A stretch of 64,000 nucleotides of DNA from a bacterium (GCA_017458675.1 JAFTAM010000176.1:2282-66281); one strand, 5' to 3'; positions 17,878-27,748 are shown, numbered from the stretch's first letter. The notes: generated from the letters alone by a model not told the origin. Made by a program: numbers and translations.

Positions 17878-18636
17878 CTAACTGTTCGCCTCTATAATAT
17901 CCTTTAAGCTCACATGCTCGTTGCGGAAACGCAAAGAACCGGCTTCCTGCGGCAGATGAATGGCGTTGTGCGGACAGTTGTGCAGGCAGGCATAGCAGAC
18001 CTCGCACCGTTCGGAAAAGCGCACTTTGTCTGTCACAGTGATATTATCGGCCGGACAGACTTTGGCGCAGATTCCGCAGCGTATGCAGCTGCCGTTTACC
18101 AAATAATGCAAAGCCGTGTCTTTGCGCAGAAAGCGTTCAGCCAGCTGTTCTCTGTAGACGGCCATCTGCGCCCTGGTATTGTCCGTAATTTCAACTTCAA
18201 CGGTCTTTCGCGCCGCGATTTCACTGCAAAGGAGCGCCAGCTGGCCTTCAACGTCTTTTTCAGGCAGAGTATCTATCTGCTCCTGCATATCAAAATACGG
18301 AATAAAATTATCCACCATCTTGACAGCGCTGATATAGCTCAGCTTCAAGCCCGCACTCTCGGCGGCCAGCTTAACATGAGCAAAAGCCTCCCCGTATCCC
18401 ATTCCGTAGGTATAGACAAAAAAGAAATACTCGGCGCTGATGCGGGCTTTTCGCAAAAACTCCCGGACCATCATGGGCATTTCGCAATTATATACCGGAC
18501 AGACAATACCGACGGCCTCGTCTGCGATTTCAATTTTGTCCTGCCGCATCAGCTTAGGGACAGACAGCAGCGTACCGCCGATTCGCCTGGCCACATACAG
18601 ACAATTGCCGCTGCCGGTAAAATAACATACTGTCAT
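17878..18636 (-). CDS. EFR1-family ferredoxin (flavodoxin-like domain fused to 2x[4Fe-4S] ferredoxin)
   Basis: Start moved to the ATG at 18636 (GAGGA RBS). The track start 18702 abuts the upstream stop with no RBS. N-terminal flavodoxin-like MTVCYFTGSGNC. C-terminal CIRCGICAKVCP and CEVCYACLHNCP motifs. Confidence 0.7.
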   Translation of the reverse strand: MTVCYFTGSGNCLYVARRIGGTLLSVPKLMRQDKIEIADEAVGIVCPVYNCEMPMMVREFLRKARISAEYFFFVYTYGMGYGEAFAHVKLAAESAGLKLSYISAVKMVDNFIPYFDMQEQIDTLPEKDVEGQLALLCSEIAARKTVEVEITDNTRAQMAVYREQLAERFLRKDTALHYLVNGSCIRCGICAKVCPADNITVTDKVRFSERCEVCYACLHNCPHNAIHLPQEAGSLRFRNEHVSLKDIIEANS

Positions 18637-18702
18637 AAGATCCTCGCATAAGTAAAACTTTTTCTGAAATATCCCATCATTGGCAGGAAACGTCGACTGC
18701 AA

Positions 18703-19197
18703 TTATCCTTGCTGCAGCCTCTCTATAGCCTCCAGGGTGTCCCTGTGGCGCTCGCCTTTAAAATATTTGTCCAAAACCTGAGCGAAAATATTATCAGGCT
18801 CTCCGTCAATATACTCAAAGAGCGTCATGCATGAATGCAGCTTGGGTTCGTCATCATCGCCGAAAATGAAGTAGGCGGTCCTTTGAGGAGGTCCCTCCAA
18901 CTCCAAAAGCGCTTCGGTTATTTCCCGCAGACACTTGCCCAAATAAGGATCGGCCAAAAAGGCTTCGGCTTCGGCCAATCCCTTTAAACCGTAATACTTA
19001 TTGCGTTTGCTGTTCACCCACAGCCCCTTTAAAAGCGGAAAAATCCACCACATCCAACAGCTGTGTTTGAAGCCGCCTTTAATTTCCGCTAAAGAGCCTT
19101 TATAATAGACAAACTGACCTTCTCTATCCGGACAATCGCAATAACCCGTCTCAAAGACGCTTTTAAATCTGCTTAAATCAATTTTACCGTCAGTCAT
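18703..19197 (-). CDS. DUF1810-family protein
   Basis: Has FKHSCWMWWIFPLLKGL and GLAEAEAFLADPYLGKCL, which resemble the conserved HWMW[FI]FPQL core of DUF1810. Family membership is from memory of the motif. Confidence 0.5.
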   Translation of the reverse strand: MTDGKIDLSRFKSVFETGYCDCPDREGQFVYYKGSLAEIKGGFKHSCWMWWIFPLLKGLWVNSKRNKYYGLKGLAEAEAFLADPYLGKCLREITEALLELEGPPQRTAYFIFGDDDEPKLHSCMTLFEYIDGEPDNIFAQVLDKYFKGERHRDTLEAIERLQQG

Positions 19198-19224
19198 ACA
19201 AAACTGCCCCTTTCTGCCGAAACT

Positions 19225-20724
19225 TTAAATAAGCTTAGCGGTAAAGCCCCACATGTAGGAGTTTTCCAAACGTACTTTGACATACTGTCCGGTGATATCT
19301 TTATCGCTGTCCACGTGAATGAGCCAATGCTGGGCATTGCGGCCGGTATAGCGGCCCTCGTCCTTCTTGCTGGGGCCTTCGACCAGAATCTCCGTTTCCT
19401 GGCCCAGACGCTGCCGGTTCAGTTCCTCGGAAATTTCGTTCTGAACCTCTATAAGGCGATGGAGGCGATCCATGCGCACCGGCTCAGGAATGCGGTTGGG
19501 GAATTCGCTGCCGGGCGTGCCGGGCCGCTCGGAATAGGCGAACATAAAGGCCGAATCGAACTTAACCCTGCGCACCACGTCCAGGGTATGCTGAAATTCC
19601 TCTTCGGTTTCGTCGGCAAAACCGACAATAATATCGGTGGTGATGCAGAGGCCGGGAATGGCCTTGCGCATGCGCTCCGTCAAGGCGATAAACTCCTCGC
19701 CCGTATAGCGGCGGCGCATGATTTTCAGAATGCGATCGTCGCCGGACTGCAGGGGCAGATGGATATGGGGGCAGACGTTGGGATTGGCCGCCATGGCCGC
19801 TATGGTCTCTTCCGTAAAATAGGCCGGATGCGGAGAGGTAAAGCGCAGACGGAAAGAACCGACCTTCTCGGGAGTGAGTTCATTGAGAAGTTTGGCAAAG
19901 CCCTCCTGCAGATGCAGATCGCGGGCGTAATCGTTGACGTTCTGACCCAGCAGCATAATCTCCTTATAGCCTTTGCCGAGCAGGCGCTTAACCTCTCCCA
20001 CTACCGCCTTCATGGGACGGCTGTGCAGAGGTCCGCGCACGTGAGGCACGATGCAGTAGGTGCACCATTGGTTGCAGCCCACCGAAATCGGGATCATGGC
20101 CATGAAGTCGTTGTCCGGCTGAGCCAGCAGCTGCAGATGATTGCCCTTGCTGTCGGTCTTAATTAAGCTCTCGCTGAGCTCGCGCTTCTGACGGCGCATT
20201 TTCTGTTTGGCCTTAACCGATTTTTCCGCCTGAGCCTTGAGGTCCAGCCAAACCCGACGCTTAGCCATCACCTCGTCGACATATAAGGCCAGATTGCTCA
20301 CCTGATGAGTGCCCAGCACTATATCGATCTGGGGGAAGCGTTCGGCGATAGCCTCCTTGTCCTTCTGAGCCAGACAGCCGGCCACCACCAGGACAAAACG
20401 CTCGTTCTTCTCTTTGGCGTTCTTGAAATCGCCCATGCGCCCATAGACCTTCTGATCGGCGTTGTCGCGGATGCAGCAGGTATTGAAGACCACGATATCG
20501 GCCTTGTCTTCGCTTTCGGCCTGCACGCAGCCGCGCTCTTCCAGCAGGAAGCCGATAATTTCCGAATCGTAGACGTTCATCTGACAGCCGTAAGTCTGCA
20601 CATAGTAGCTGCGCGGCCAGAAATCCGTATTCGGTCCCGCTTTGACGCCCTCCGCAGTATTCGCAGGCGCGCCTAAATCTGAGTCCGCCAAAGCGTTATT
20701 GAGCATATTATCAGTCTTTTCCAT
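19225..20724 (-). CDS. miaB: tRNA-2-methylthio-N6-dimethylallyladenosine synthase (radical SAM methylthiotransferase with TRAM domain)
   Basis: MTTase N-domain YVQTYGCQMNVYDSE. Radical SAM CNQWCTYCIVP. C-terminal TRAM (GQYVKVRLENSYMWGFTAKLI). About 35-aa N-terminal extension, so the start is uncertain. Confidence 0.85.
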   Translation of the reverse strand: MEKTDNMLNNALADSDLGAPANTAEGVKAGPNTDFWPRSYYVQTYGCQMNVYDSEIIGFLLEERGCVQAESEDKADIVVFNTCCIRDNADQKVYGRMGDFKNAKEKNERFVLVVAGCLAQKDKEAIAERFPQIDIVLGTHQVSNLALYVDEVMAKRRVWLDLKAQAEKSVKAKQKMRRQKRELSESLIKTDSKGNHLQLLAQPDNDFMAMIPISVGCNQWCTYCIVPHVRGPLHSRPMKAVVGEVKRLLGKGYKEIMLLGQNVNDYARDLHLQEGFAKLLNELTPEKVGSFRLRFTSPHPAYFTEETIAAMAANPNVCPHIHLPLQSGDDRILKIMRRRYTGEEFIALTERMRKAIPGLCITTDIIVGFADETEEEFQHTLDVVRRVKFDSAFMFAYSERPGTPGSEFPNRIPEPVRMDRLHRLIEVQNEISEELNRQRLGQETEILVEGPSKKDEGRYTGRNAQHWLIHVDSDKDITGQYVKVRLENSYMWGFTAKLI

Positions 20725-20748
20725 CGTCTTTATTCCTATCTGAAGCCT

Positions 20749-22602
20749 TTATCTAGAACCGGAAAGGACCTCAAGGGCCTTTTTGAGCTGAATATCCTTG
20801 TCTTTTTTCCCCACATAGCGGGGTTCCATGGTCACCTTAACGTCGGGAGTGAGGCCCTCGTGATTGATGACCCGGCCGCTGGGAGAATAGAATCTGGCTA
20901 TGGTCATCTTCAGAGCCGAACCGTCGCTGAAGGGGAAAACCTGCTGAACCGAGCCCTTGCCGAAGCTGTGCTCGCCGACCAGAGCGGCCAGCTTATGATC
21001 GCGCAGGGCAGCCGCGGTAATTTCCGAAGCGCTGGCCGAATAGCGGTTGATCATAACCACCATGGGCAGTCCCAGCTGTCCTTCGCCTGCCGATTTAAGA
21101 TCGCTGCGCTGCTGATTGCGCCCCAGCGTATAGACAATCAAGCCGCCCTTAGGTATCATCTGACTGCCCACGTCTACCGCCGCCTGCACAAAACCGCCGC
21201 CGTTGTTGCGAAGGTCCAGAATAACGCCGACTGCGCCCTGCTGCTTGACCCGATCCAGCTCGGCCTTGAATTCCTGTCCGGTAGTCGCGCCGAACTGACG
21301 CATCTTGATATAGCCGATATTGCCGTACATCTTGGAGGTGCAGCTGACCACGTGAATAGTGGCTCTGGTAACGGTAACATTAAAGGGAGCGGCCACGCCG
21401 GAACGTCCTATCTTCAGAACGACCTTGCTGCCCACCTCGCCGCGGATCTTCTTGGTGGCGATATCCAGAGCCATATTTTTGGTGCTCTCGCCGTTGATGG
21501 CTAAAATTTTGTCTCCGGGCTCCAGACCGGCCTTGTAGGCTGGAGCGTCCTCCATGGGTTCAAAGACGGTTATCTGGTTGCCGTTGTCCTTATCGGCTTC
21601 AATTATAATGCCGATACCGCCGAAGCCTTTGGTCTGAACCTCCTCCTGCAGTGAAGCGTATTCTTTGGGAGTGAGCAGCACCGAGAAAGGATCGCCCAGA
21701 CCGGAGAGCATGCCGCAGATGCAGGAATAAGTTACCAGTTTTTCGTCAATTTTTGGAACGTAAATCTCTTTAATCTGCTTTAAAATGTTGGCCTTTTCAT
21801 CCAGCTTCTGCAGGGGCGCAGCCGAAAGTCCGGCCGCCTCCGCCAAACGGGAGACCTCTTTAATTACGCCTTTTTCCAATTCTTTATCGTTAACTTCGTC
21901 AACGTAAGAAGTCTTTATGGAGCGGTAAATATCGCGGAAGAGGTCGCTGTTGGGAGAAAAGCCCAGACTGGAAGGGTCTTTAAGCAAAGCCTTGTAATCG
22001 GCCGTCATGGCGAAGGCCGAAGAGCCCTTTTTATTCAGAGGCTCATTTTCGTTATAGGCCTCCTCTTTTTTGGGACTGCCCGAAGAAGCCGAAGCGGCGC
22101 CGCCATTGACTGCCGTTCCGCCGCCGGAGCCGCTCCCCGCCTTGGCGGAAGCGCCGCCGGCTTTGGCGGCGGGCTGCGCCTGCTTATGAGGCTGAGGATT
22201 AGCCTTGGGCTGCTGAGCGCCGCTTGCCTTCGCGTCCTCATCGTCGTCGGCGGCGACCCAGTTATCGGGGATATCGTCGTCATTATTTGAGGAAGAAGCC
22301 TTATGCAGAGGCTTGCCGTCCTTTTCAAAGACTATCTCTATGTCGCCGTTGTCATTGATCGAAGCGTCAATCTCATCGGGCGATTTGCCGGTCTCGGCCG
22401 CCACGATATCTCTGGCCGCCTCGGCCGCTTCCTCCAAGCCCAGAGAGCTGTCGACAACATTCTCGTTCTCGGATATATCGGCCCGGATCGCCGATTCTGC
22501 GGCGGTAGGCTCGGAGCCGTTGTCAGACCCGGTGCAGGCGCAGGCAAATAAGGCCAGGGAAATAACTGCAGCCTTAATTATATGTAAACTCTTTTTATTC
22601 AT
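20749..22602 (-). CDS. S41-family C-terminal processing peptidase (PDZ plus S41 domain) lipoprotein with long low-complexity N-terminal region
   Basis: Start set at MNKKSLHII (GGAG RBS); the track start is 8 codons upstream. Lipobox LFACACTGS. PDZ segment GIGIIIEADKDNGNQITVFEPMEDAPAYKAGLEPGDKILAING. S41 core LDLRNNGGGFVQAAVDVGS. Confidence 0.8.
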   Translation of the reverse strand: MNKKSLHIIKAAVISLALFACACTGSDNGSEPTAAESAIRADISENENVVDSSLGLEEAAEAARDIVAAETGKSPDEIDASINDNGDIEIVFEKDGKPLHKASSSNNDDDIPDNWVAADDDEDAKASGAQQPKANPQPHKQAQPAAKAGGASAKAGSGSGGGTAVNGGAASASSGSPKKEEAYNENEPLNKKGSSAFAMTADYKALLKDPSSLGFSPNSDLFRDIYRSIKTSYVDEVNDKELEKGVIKEVSRLAEAAGLSAAPLQKLDEKANILKQIKEIYVPKIDEKLVTYSCICGMLSGLGDPFSVLLTPKEYASLQEEVQTKGFGGIGIIIEADKDNGNQITVFEPMEDAPAYKAGLEPGDKILAINGESTKNMALDIATKKIRGEVGSKVVLKIGRSGVAAPFNVTVTRATIHVVSCTSKMYGNIGYIKMRQFGATTGQEFKAELDRVKQQGAVGVILDLRNNGGGFVQAAVDVGSQMIPKGGLIVYTLGRNQQRSDLKSAGEGQLGLPMVVMINRYSASASEITAAALRDHKLAALVGEHSFGKGSVQQVFPFSDGSALKMTIARFYSPSGRVINHEGLTPDVKVTMEPRYVGKKDKDIQLKKALEVLSGSR

Positions 22603-22654
22603 ACCGCTGAATTCTCCGCCCGGCAAGGGCCTCCTATAATTGCCGCCCCGCTTC

Positions 22655-22900
22655 TCAGCCGAAGGCGGGCATATCCACCAGACCTCCGCCCATACAGCCC
22701 AGGCAGAGCTTGCGTCCGCTGCCGCCGCAGACCTCGCAGGCAGGATCGCCTTTTTTTTCCCCGGGATTGTTCCCGCCCTGAGCGGGTTCAGCTTCCGCCT
22801 TCCGCTCCCCGGCGCTGCTGATATCCGGAGCGGCTTCCCGCGCGCATTCGCACTCGGTATAGCCGCGGCCCTGACAGAAAGAACATTTAACCGTAAGCAT
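22655..22900 (-). CDS. Small cysteine-rich protein with DnaJ-type CxxCxGxG zinc-finger-like motifs
   Basis: 81 aa, 10 Cys. Motifs CSFCQGRGYTECEC and CEVCGGSGRKLCLGC. Sits 12 nt downstream of the YVTN gene and co-oriented with the ctp-miaB run. Confidence 0.45.
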   Translation of the reverse strand: MLTVKCSFCQGRGYTECECAREAAPDISSAGERKAEAEPAQGGNNPGEKKGDPACEVCGGSGRKLCLGCMGGGLVDMPAFG

Positions 22901-22912
22901 AACTGCGCCGCC

Positions 22913-23896
22913 TCAGTATACCCAAGTAATGGCTCTGGGTCCCTTGCCTACCAGCAGACGGCCCAGCTGCGTTCCCTTGTCCATATCGATAACCGACATG
23001 TCTTCGGTATTGAAATTAGCCACATAGCACATCGAGCCGTCGGGAGAGAAGCAAATATCGCGGGGACCGACGCCCACGGCGGTTCGGAAGCGGAGGGTGG
23101 GACGGTCCAGGGGAAAGATAGTTACGTCGTTGGAGATCATGTTCAAAACGATAACCTGATTCTTGGCCGAAACGCCTACGGCTCCGGCGCCCGATCCCAC
23201 GGGGACCTTGCTCAGAAGACGCAGATCGTTGGTCTTATAAATGCCCACCTGATTTTCGTTGGGCAGAGATATCAAAATCCGTCCGTTGTCGGGAGTCAAA
23301 TCCATGCCGCCCAGCTTGGAGCCGACGCCGGTCTGCTTGACCACCTCCCAGGCAAAGAGATCGACAATAGTTATCAGGCCCGTCTCCTCATGGCCCACAA
23401 ACATTTTGGCGCCGTTTTTGGAGATGCGCATAAAGCTGGGTCCCAAGCCGTTCAGAGGCAGAGTGCGCACTACATTGAGAGAAGGCACATGCAGCTCCAC
23501 CAGAGAGCAGGTTTCTCCGTCCAGAACATAAAGGCGGCCGCCGTCGGGAGCAAAAGCCAGATCGAGGGGCTTAATGATCTGCGGGTCTTTGTGGGTGCTG
23601 CCGAAACGCATATTGTCGGTAGCGACTATGGCGATGCAGCCGTTTTTGGGCTGAGCGACGGCGATAAATTTATTGTCCGGCGAGGTCACCAGGCGCTCCG
23701 GATTCGAACCTACCGAAAAATTGCCGATGATGCGCACCGTACGGGCGTCGACAACCGTCATGGAGTCCCCCAAAAAGCAGGAAACCACTAAGCGCGGGGC
23801 GGTAAACTGCGCCTGAGCCGTTCTCTGCCAGCATAGACAAAGAGCCATAACCGCCGCTAAAGAGAATAAGCAGATTAAAAACTTTTTATATTTCAT
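22913..23896 (-). CDS. YVTN-family seven-bladed beta-propeller repeat protein, secreted
   Basis: Signal peptide. Repeated ~40-aa blades (RLYVLDGETCSLVELHVPS; MCYVANFNTEDMSVIDMDKGTQ). The antisense track ORF 22640-23791 is rejected. Confidence 0.65.
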   Translation of the reverse strand: MKYKKFLICLFSLAAVMALCLCWQRTAQAQFTAPRLVVSCFLGDSMTVVDARTVRIIGNFSVGSNPERLVTSPDNKFIAVAQPKNGCIAIVATDNMRFGSTHKDPQIIKPLDLAFAPDGGRLYVLDGETCSLVELHVPSLNVVRTLPLNGLGPSFMRISKNGAKMFVGHEETGLITIVDLFAWEVVKQTGVGSKLGGMDLTPDNGRILISLPNENQVGIYKTNDLRLLSKVPVGSGAGAVGVSAKNQVIVLNMISNDVTIFPLDRPTLRFRTAVGVGPRDICFSPDGSMCYVANFNTEDMSVIDMDKGTQLGRLLVGKGPRAITWVY

Positions 23897-24074
23897 AATT
23901 CATACCGTCTTTCCGTTCAAAAGGGAAATTTACAGATATTTGAAGCAAAATAATCTCCTCGGGTTTCCTGTAAATTTGCGGTTTATATGCGTTGATTCCT
24001 TTTATATGAGAGCCTCCCGGCGGAAAAACTTTCAGCTTTGCCGTCGCTGTCGGCAAGTTAAGCAAAAACATATC

Positions 24075-24225
24075 TTTTACATCAAAGATCCTTCTCACGA
24101 AGGCTCATTGACCGGCTCAAGATGACAAACACTCTGTCATTCTGAGCGGCAGCGAAGAATCTATATCTTTTACATCAAAGATCTTTCGCCGGACGCTCAT
24201 TGACCGGCTCAGGATGACATCGGCC
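24075..24225. repeat. Tandem pair of ~60-bp units each ending in GGCTCA[AG]GATGACA, with one full core (24135-24167)
   Basis: TACATCAAAGATCCTTCTCACGAAGGCTCATTGACCGGCTCAAGATGACA...TGTCATTCTGAGCGGCAGCGAAGAATCTAT...TACATCAAAGATCTTTCGCCGGACGCTCATTGACCGGCTCAGGATGACA. Confidence 0.8.
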
Positions 24226-24288
24226 CGGCAAAAAACACGCGGAGAGCAAGCTAAAGGTTACAGGCTGCAGGCAAAGAACTTAACGGCC

Positions 24289-25995
24289 ATGCAAATAAGA
24301 CCTCCGTTTCTTTTAACCGCCCTTCTGGCCGCCTTTGCCTCCGCGGCCTCGGCGCAGCCCAACGACGCCGAAACTTCTCAAGCGGCGCAGAGCGCAAAAT
24401 ACACCCCGCCTCAGGCGATCTGTCTGCCCCTGGACAGCCGCCCCTGCAACCGGCTCTTTCCCGCCCAAATGGCCAGAATCGGCGGAGGCGAGCTGCTCAT
24501 GCCGGATACGTTTTATCTGGGCAAAGCTTATACGCCGGGAAATACCGAAAAACTGGCCCAATGGCTCCTGGCGCAGCCGATAGCCTCCGACGCCATAATT
24601 TCCGCCGATATGCTGGCCTACGGAGGCCTGATCGCCTCCCGTACGGCAGAGACGAGCGAAGAACAGGCCCTGCAGAATTTGCAGGTTTTGCAGACGCTCT
24701 GCGACAAGGGACAGAAACTGGAGGTTTTAGTCACTCTGCCCAGACTTTCCCTGAGGACCTCCGATCGCCAGGCCCCTTATGAAGCGGCTTTGAAAAACTG
24801 GGCCACTTCGGGAAGCCTGGATAAGCTTCCCAACGTTCCCGAGGATATTTTTAACGAATACATGCAGGTCCGCCGCCGCAATTTTAACGTCGTCTGCCAT
24901 TTGATCGATCTTGCCGCTCAGGGAACGCTTCAAAAGCTGGTTATCGGCCTCGACGACTCGGCTCACAACAAGGGACTGCACATCGAAGAGCGCGCCCGTT
25001 TAAATAAATATATCGCCGAAAAAAAGGCCGCTTCCCGGGTTGTCTTCCTGAGCGGCGCCGACGAGCTGACCTGCTGCATGACCGCCGGCTGGCTGAGCCG
25101 AGTCAATAATTACAATCCCCGCCTGGAGCTGATCTATTCAGATCCGAAAGCCGCCGATACAATCCCTCTTCTGGAAAATTCCACCTTAAAAGAGACGGTC
25201 GAGATGCACATGGCCCTGAGCGGCGCCATTCCCGCCGAAGGCACGGGAACAGCCCTGTTTATCGAAACGCCCTCGGACAAACCCTACGCCGTGCCTGTTC
25301 AGGAAGGGACTGCGGAGACCAAGGCTCTGGCAGAAAATTTGCTCAAAAGGATAGAAACGCTCAAAAGCGTCCGCTCCGATCGCCCTTACGGAATCGCCGA
25401 CCTGCGCCTGGTCAACCGGGCCGAGCCGATCTTTGCCCAGACCGTCATAGATAAGCTGCCCATCTGGGAACTGAGCGCCTATTCGGCCTGGAATACCCCC
25501 TCGAACTCGCTGGGCACGGCTATCGCCCAGGCCTGCGTACAGCAGATAGGCATAGTCAGAGGAAGCGGCTGGGACGCTTATTCCCGACTGGAGAGCGAAA
25601 AGACCCAGCAAGCCTTCACCGTCGCCCGCCTCATCGACGATTACGCCTATCAGGCCGTGATCAGACAAGAGCTCAAACAGGACTACAACAATATTGACAT
25701 GCGCAGCGATCCTCTGCTCAACGCCGCCGGTCCCGCCGGTTTGAAGGCCCGCTCTCTGGCTATTCCCTGGGCTCAGAATCTGTGGCGGGACAAGCTGGAA
25801 AACAAGTCTTACTATTCGCGGATCGTCGCCGATTGCGTCTATTTTGACAGCATGCAGCTGGAAATCGTCCTGCCCTGGCCGCGCCTCTTTGAAATAGAGG
25901 AGCGCCTCAATCTGACCGTCCTGCCCTATAAGGACAAACCGTCAGCCGGACAGAAAGCCCCAAAAGCAGAGAACAAATTTGCAAAAGAATCTTGA
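24289..25995 (+). CDS. Secreted hypothetical protein (~569 aa)
   Basis: ATG 24289 gives signal peptide MQIRPPFLLTALLAAFASAASAQ. The track start 24214 lies inside the GGCTCAGGATGACA repeat unit and is rejected. No diagnostic motifs. Confidence 0.5.
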   Translation: MQIRPPFLLTALLAAFASAASAQPNDAETSQAAQSAKYTPPQAICLPLDSRPCNRLFPAQMARIGGGELLMPDTFYLGKAYTPGNTEKLAQWLLAQPIASDAIISADMLAYGGLIASRTAETSEEQALQNLQVLQTLCDKGQKLEVLVTLPRLSLRTSDRQAPYEAALKNWATSGSLDKLPNVPEDIFNEYMQVRRRNFNVVCHLIDLAAQGTLQKLVIGLDDSAHNKGLHIEERARLNKYIAEKKAASRVVFLSGADELTCCMTAGWLSRVNNYNPRLELIYSDPKAADTIPLLENSTLKETVEMHMALSGAIPAEGTGTALFIETPSDKPYAVPVQEGTAETKALAENLLKRIETLKSVRSDRPYGIADLRLVNRAEPIFAQTVIDKLPIWELSAYSAWNTPSNSLGTAIAQACVQQIGIVRGSGWDAYSRLESEKTQQAFTVARLIDDYAYQAVIRQELKQDYNNIDMRSDPLLNAAGPAGLKARSLAIPWAQNLWRDKLENKSYYSRIVADCVYFDSMQLEIVLPWPRLFEIEERLNLTVLPYKDKPSAGQKAPKAENKFAKES

Positions 25996-26061
25996 CACAG
26001 CCATAAACTATGGTACCTTAAAAGAACGCTGATTTCAGTTTATAAAACAGGAGTTGTTACA

Positions 26062-26724
26062 ATGAATAAAACATGGCGCGCGGCAGCCTTTGCATCTCTT
26101 TTAGCGTGTTTAATTGGAACAGCTGATATAGATATTGCGTTTGCCCAAAATAATTATCCTAAGGCTTCCCGCAAAAAACCTCGCCAGACGGTCACCGCTT
26201 CTCAAAGCGTTACCCAGGACGCTGCAGGTACTTCCGGCCAAAGTTCCGGATATGTTTCCGAAGAAGAGTTAGAGCGGATGCGCCAGCGACAGGCAGCCAA
26301 CGAAGCGTATAAAAAAAGCGCCATAAAATCAGCTCAGCAGGACACTGAATATGATCGCGAACGCGACAAGCTGCGCAATGATCTTGTAGATTTTGATCTG
26401 TCTTATTTGGACAGCAGGATAGAAGCTTCCAGGAATACTTTGCCCCGTCTGCGCAAGAACGTCTCCGATTTGGAGGATAGCTTGGGCGACGACTCTATAC
26501 GAAAACTGCAGAGAGAAGAATTGGCAGAACTCAGGGAGCTTTTGGAAGAGTATAACAACAATAAAATCGCTTACGCTTCCCAACCCAAAATTCAAGCCCA
26601 AATAATTTCCAAGTACAGAACCTTAGCCGATTTAAAGTGCAAATATGTGGAAGTCTACGAACAGGTTTTAGACAAACGCGGTATAAGCAATTACACTAAA
26701 GCGCGCTCTTTGCTTAAGTTCTGA
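26062..26724 (+). CDS. Secreted coiled-coil protein, paralog A (conserved AQNYPKASRKKP N-terminal motif)
   Basis: AGGAG RBS. Signal peptide. Charged, heptad-rich body. Paralogous to 27065-27748. Confidence 0.5.
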   Translation: MNKTWRAAAFASLLACLIGTADIDIAFAQNNYPKASRKKPRQTVTASQSVTQDAAGTSGQSSGYVSEEELERMRQRQAANEAYKKSAIKSAQQDTEYDRERDKLRNDLVDFDLSYLDSRIEASRNTLPRLRKNVSDLEDSLGDDSIRKLQREELAELRELLEEYNNNKIAYASQPKIQAQIISKYRTLADLKCKYVEVYEQVLDKRGISNYTKARSLLKF

Positions 26725-26778
26725 TTTTGTGTCATGCGGAGCCGATTTTTTACCGTTTTACAGGCGCCGATCCAATAT

Positions 26779-27032
26779 CGGTAAGTTAAGCAAAAACAGG
26801 CTTTAAGCAGACATTCCTAATAAAGGTTTTCTTTGACGCGTACGCGGAGATTCGAGCGTAAGCGAGCGCGGAGCGGTAGCGACAAAGAAAACCGGCATAA
26901 CGAAAACAAGTTAAACATGCTTGAAAGATTCTTCGCTGCGCTCAGAATGACAGAAGAAACATTTACAAGCCTAATGCAGAGATACTCTTGTACCATTTTT
27001 AGCAAGTTATTGCCTTAACTATATGACATTGG
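26779..27032 (+). repeat. Dispersed intergenic repeat, copy A (full length ~250 bp)
   Basis: CGGTAAGTTAAGCAAAAACAGGCTTTAAGCA...core TTGAAAGATTCTTCGCTGCGCTCAGAATGACAG (26923-26953)...3' tail TTGCCTTAACTATATGACATTGG, ending 33 nt before the ATG of 27065. Confidence 0.85.
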
Positions 27033-27064
27033 GTACCGATCAATGTTTTTTTCAGGAGGTTGTA

Positions 27065-27748
27065 ATGAATAAGCGGTTGCTGAGAGCGGCAATGTTTTTG
27101 GCCGCGGTTTGTTGTTGTTTGGCTTCGGACGGTTTTGATACCGCCCAGGCTCAGAATTATCCTAAGGCTTCCCGCAGAAAACCGAGCGCGGCTGCGAAAC
27201 CTGCTGTTCCTGCGGCAGCGACTTCTGTAAATACCTCTGATTCTTCCGACGCCGACCTCAGCGACGAAGAGCTGCAGAAGGCCAAAGAACGTCAGGCCGA
27301 GTATGAAAAGCTGCAAAAACAGGACGCCGAATTCAACAGCTGGAAGCAGCAAAATGAAATCAACAAAAAGAATCAGGCTAGGAAAGAATATAATAAGAGA
27401 GTATCCGATGATATTATAATGGAGAAGTATGCCGTCAACAGCTGGCAGGGATTGGCAGACAGCGGCTATGCCAAAATGATGACATCCGGGACAACCGAAA
27501 ATTTATTGCAAGAGCATAAGAGCCAATATAACGACATTAAGCGATTATTCGATAATTATCGAAAAGGTTTTGAGCCTCATTGGCTCTACCCGGATATACA
27601 GGCGTCCGACGCGGATCTAAAAACATACAGAGAACTTTTAAATAAGGAAATAAATATTAGAGTATCTATCGTACGGGCCTATGAACGCGAACTTAAAAAA
27701 CGCAATAATTATAATTTTAATCCCGTGGATAACCTCTTTAGCAAATAA
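27065..27748 (+). CDS. Secreted coiled-coil protein, paralog B
   Basis: GGAGG RBS before ATG 27065 (the track ORF starts 14 codons earlier). Same AQNYPKASRRKP motif after the signal peptide. Preceded by dispersed-repeat copy A. Confidence 0.5.
   Translation: MNKRLLRAAMFLAAVCCCLASDGFDTAQAQNYPKASRRKPSAAAKPAVPAAATSVNTSDSSDADLSDEELQKAKERQAEYEKLQKQDAEFNSWKQQNEINKKNQARKEYNKRVSDDIIMEKYAVNSWQGLADSGYAKMMTSGTTENLLQEHKSQYNDIKRLFDNYRKGFEPHWLYPDIQASDADLKTYRELLNKEINIRVSIVRAYERELKKRNNYNFNPVDNLFSK

Noticed and set aside
15618-18651. Plus-strand ORFs 15618-16487, 16906-17298 and 17914-18651
   Set aside because: They are antisense to the minus-strand genes (tandem-ABM protein, YciI, flavin reductase, EFR1 ferredoxin). 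These minus-strand genes have recognisable family motifs and good RBS.
22640-23791. 383-aa plus-strand ORF
   Set aside because: It is antisense to the YVTN beta-propeller gene and the small Cys-rich gene. It has no RBS and no motifs. The minus-strand genes have signal peptides, blade repeats and operon context.
24214-24288. Upstream start for the 24289-25995 gene
   Set aside because: The ATG at 24214 lies inside the GGCTCAGGATGACA repeat unit and would put 25 non-hydrophobic residues before the signal peptide. ATG 24289 begins directly with a canonical signal peptide.
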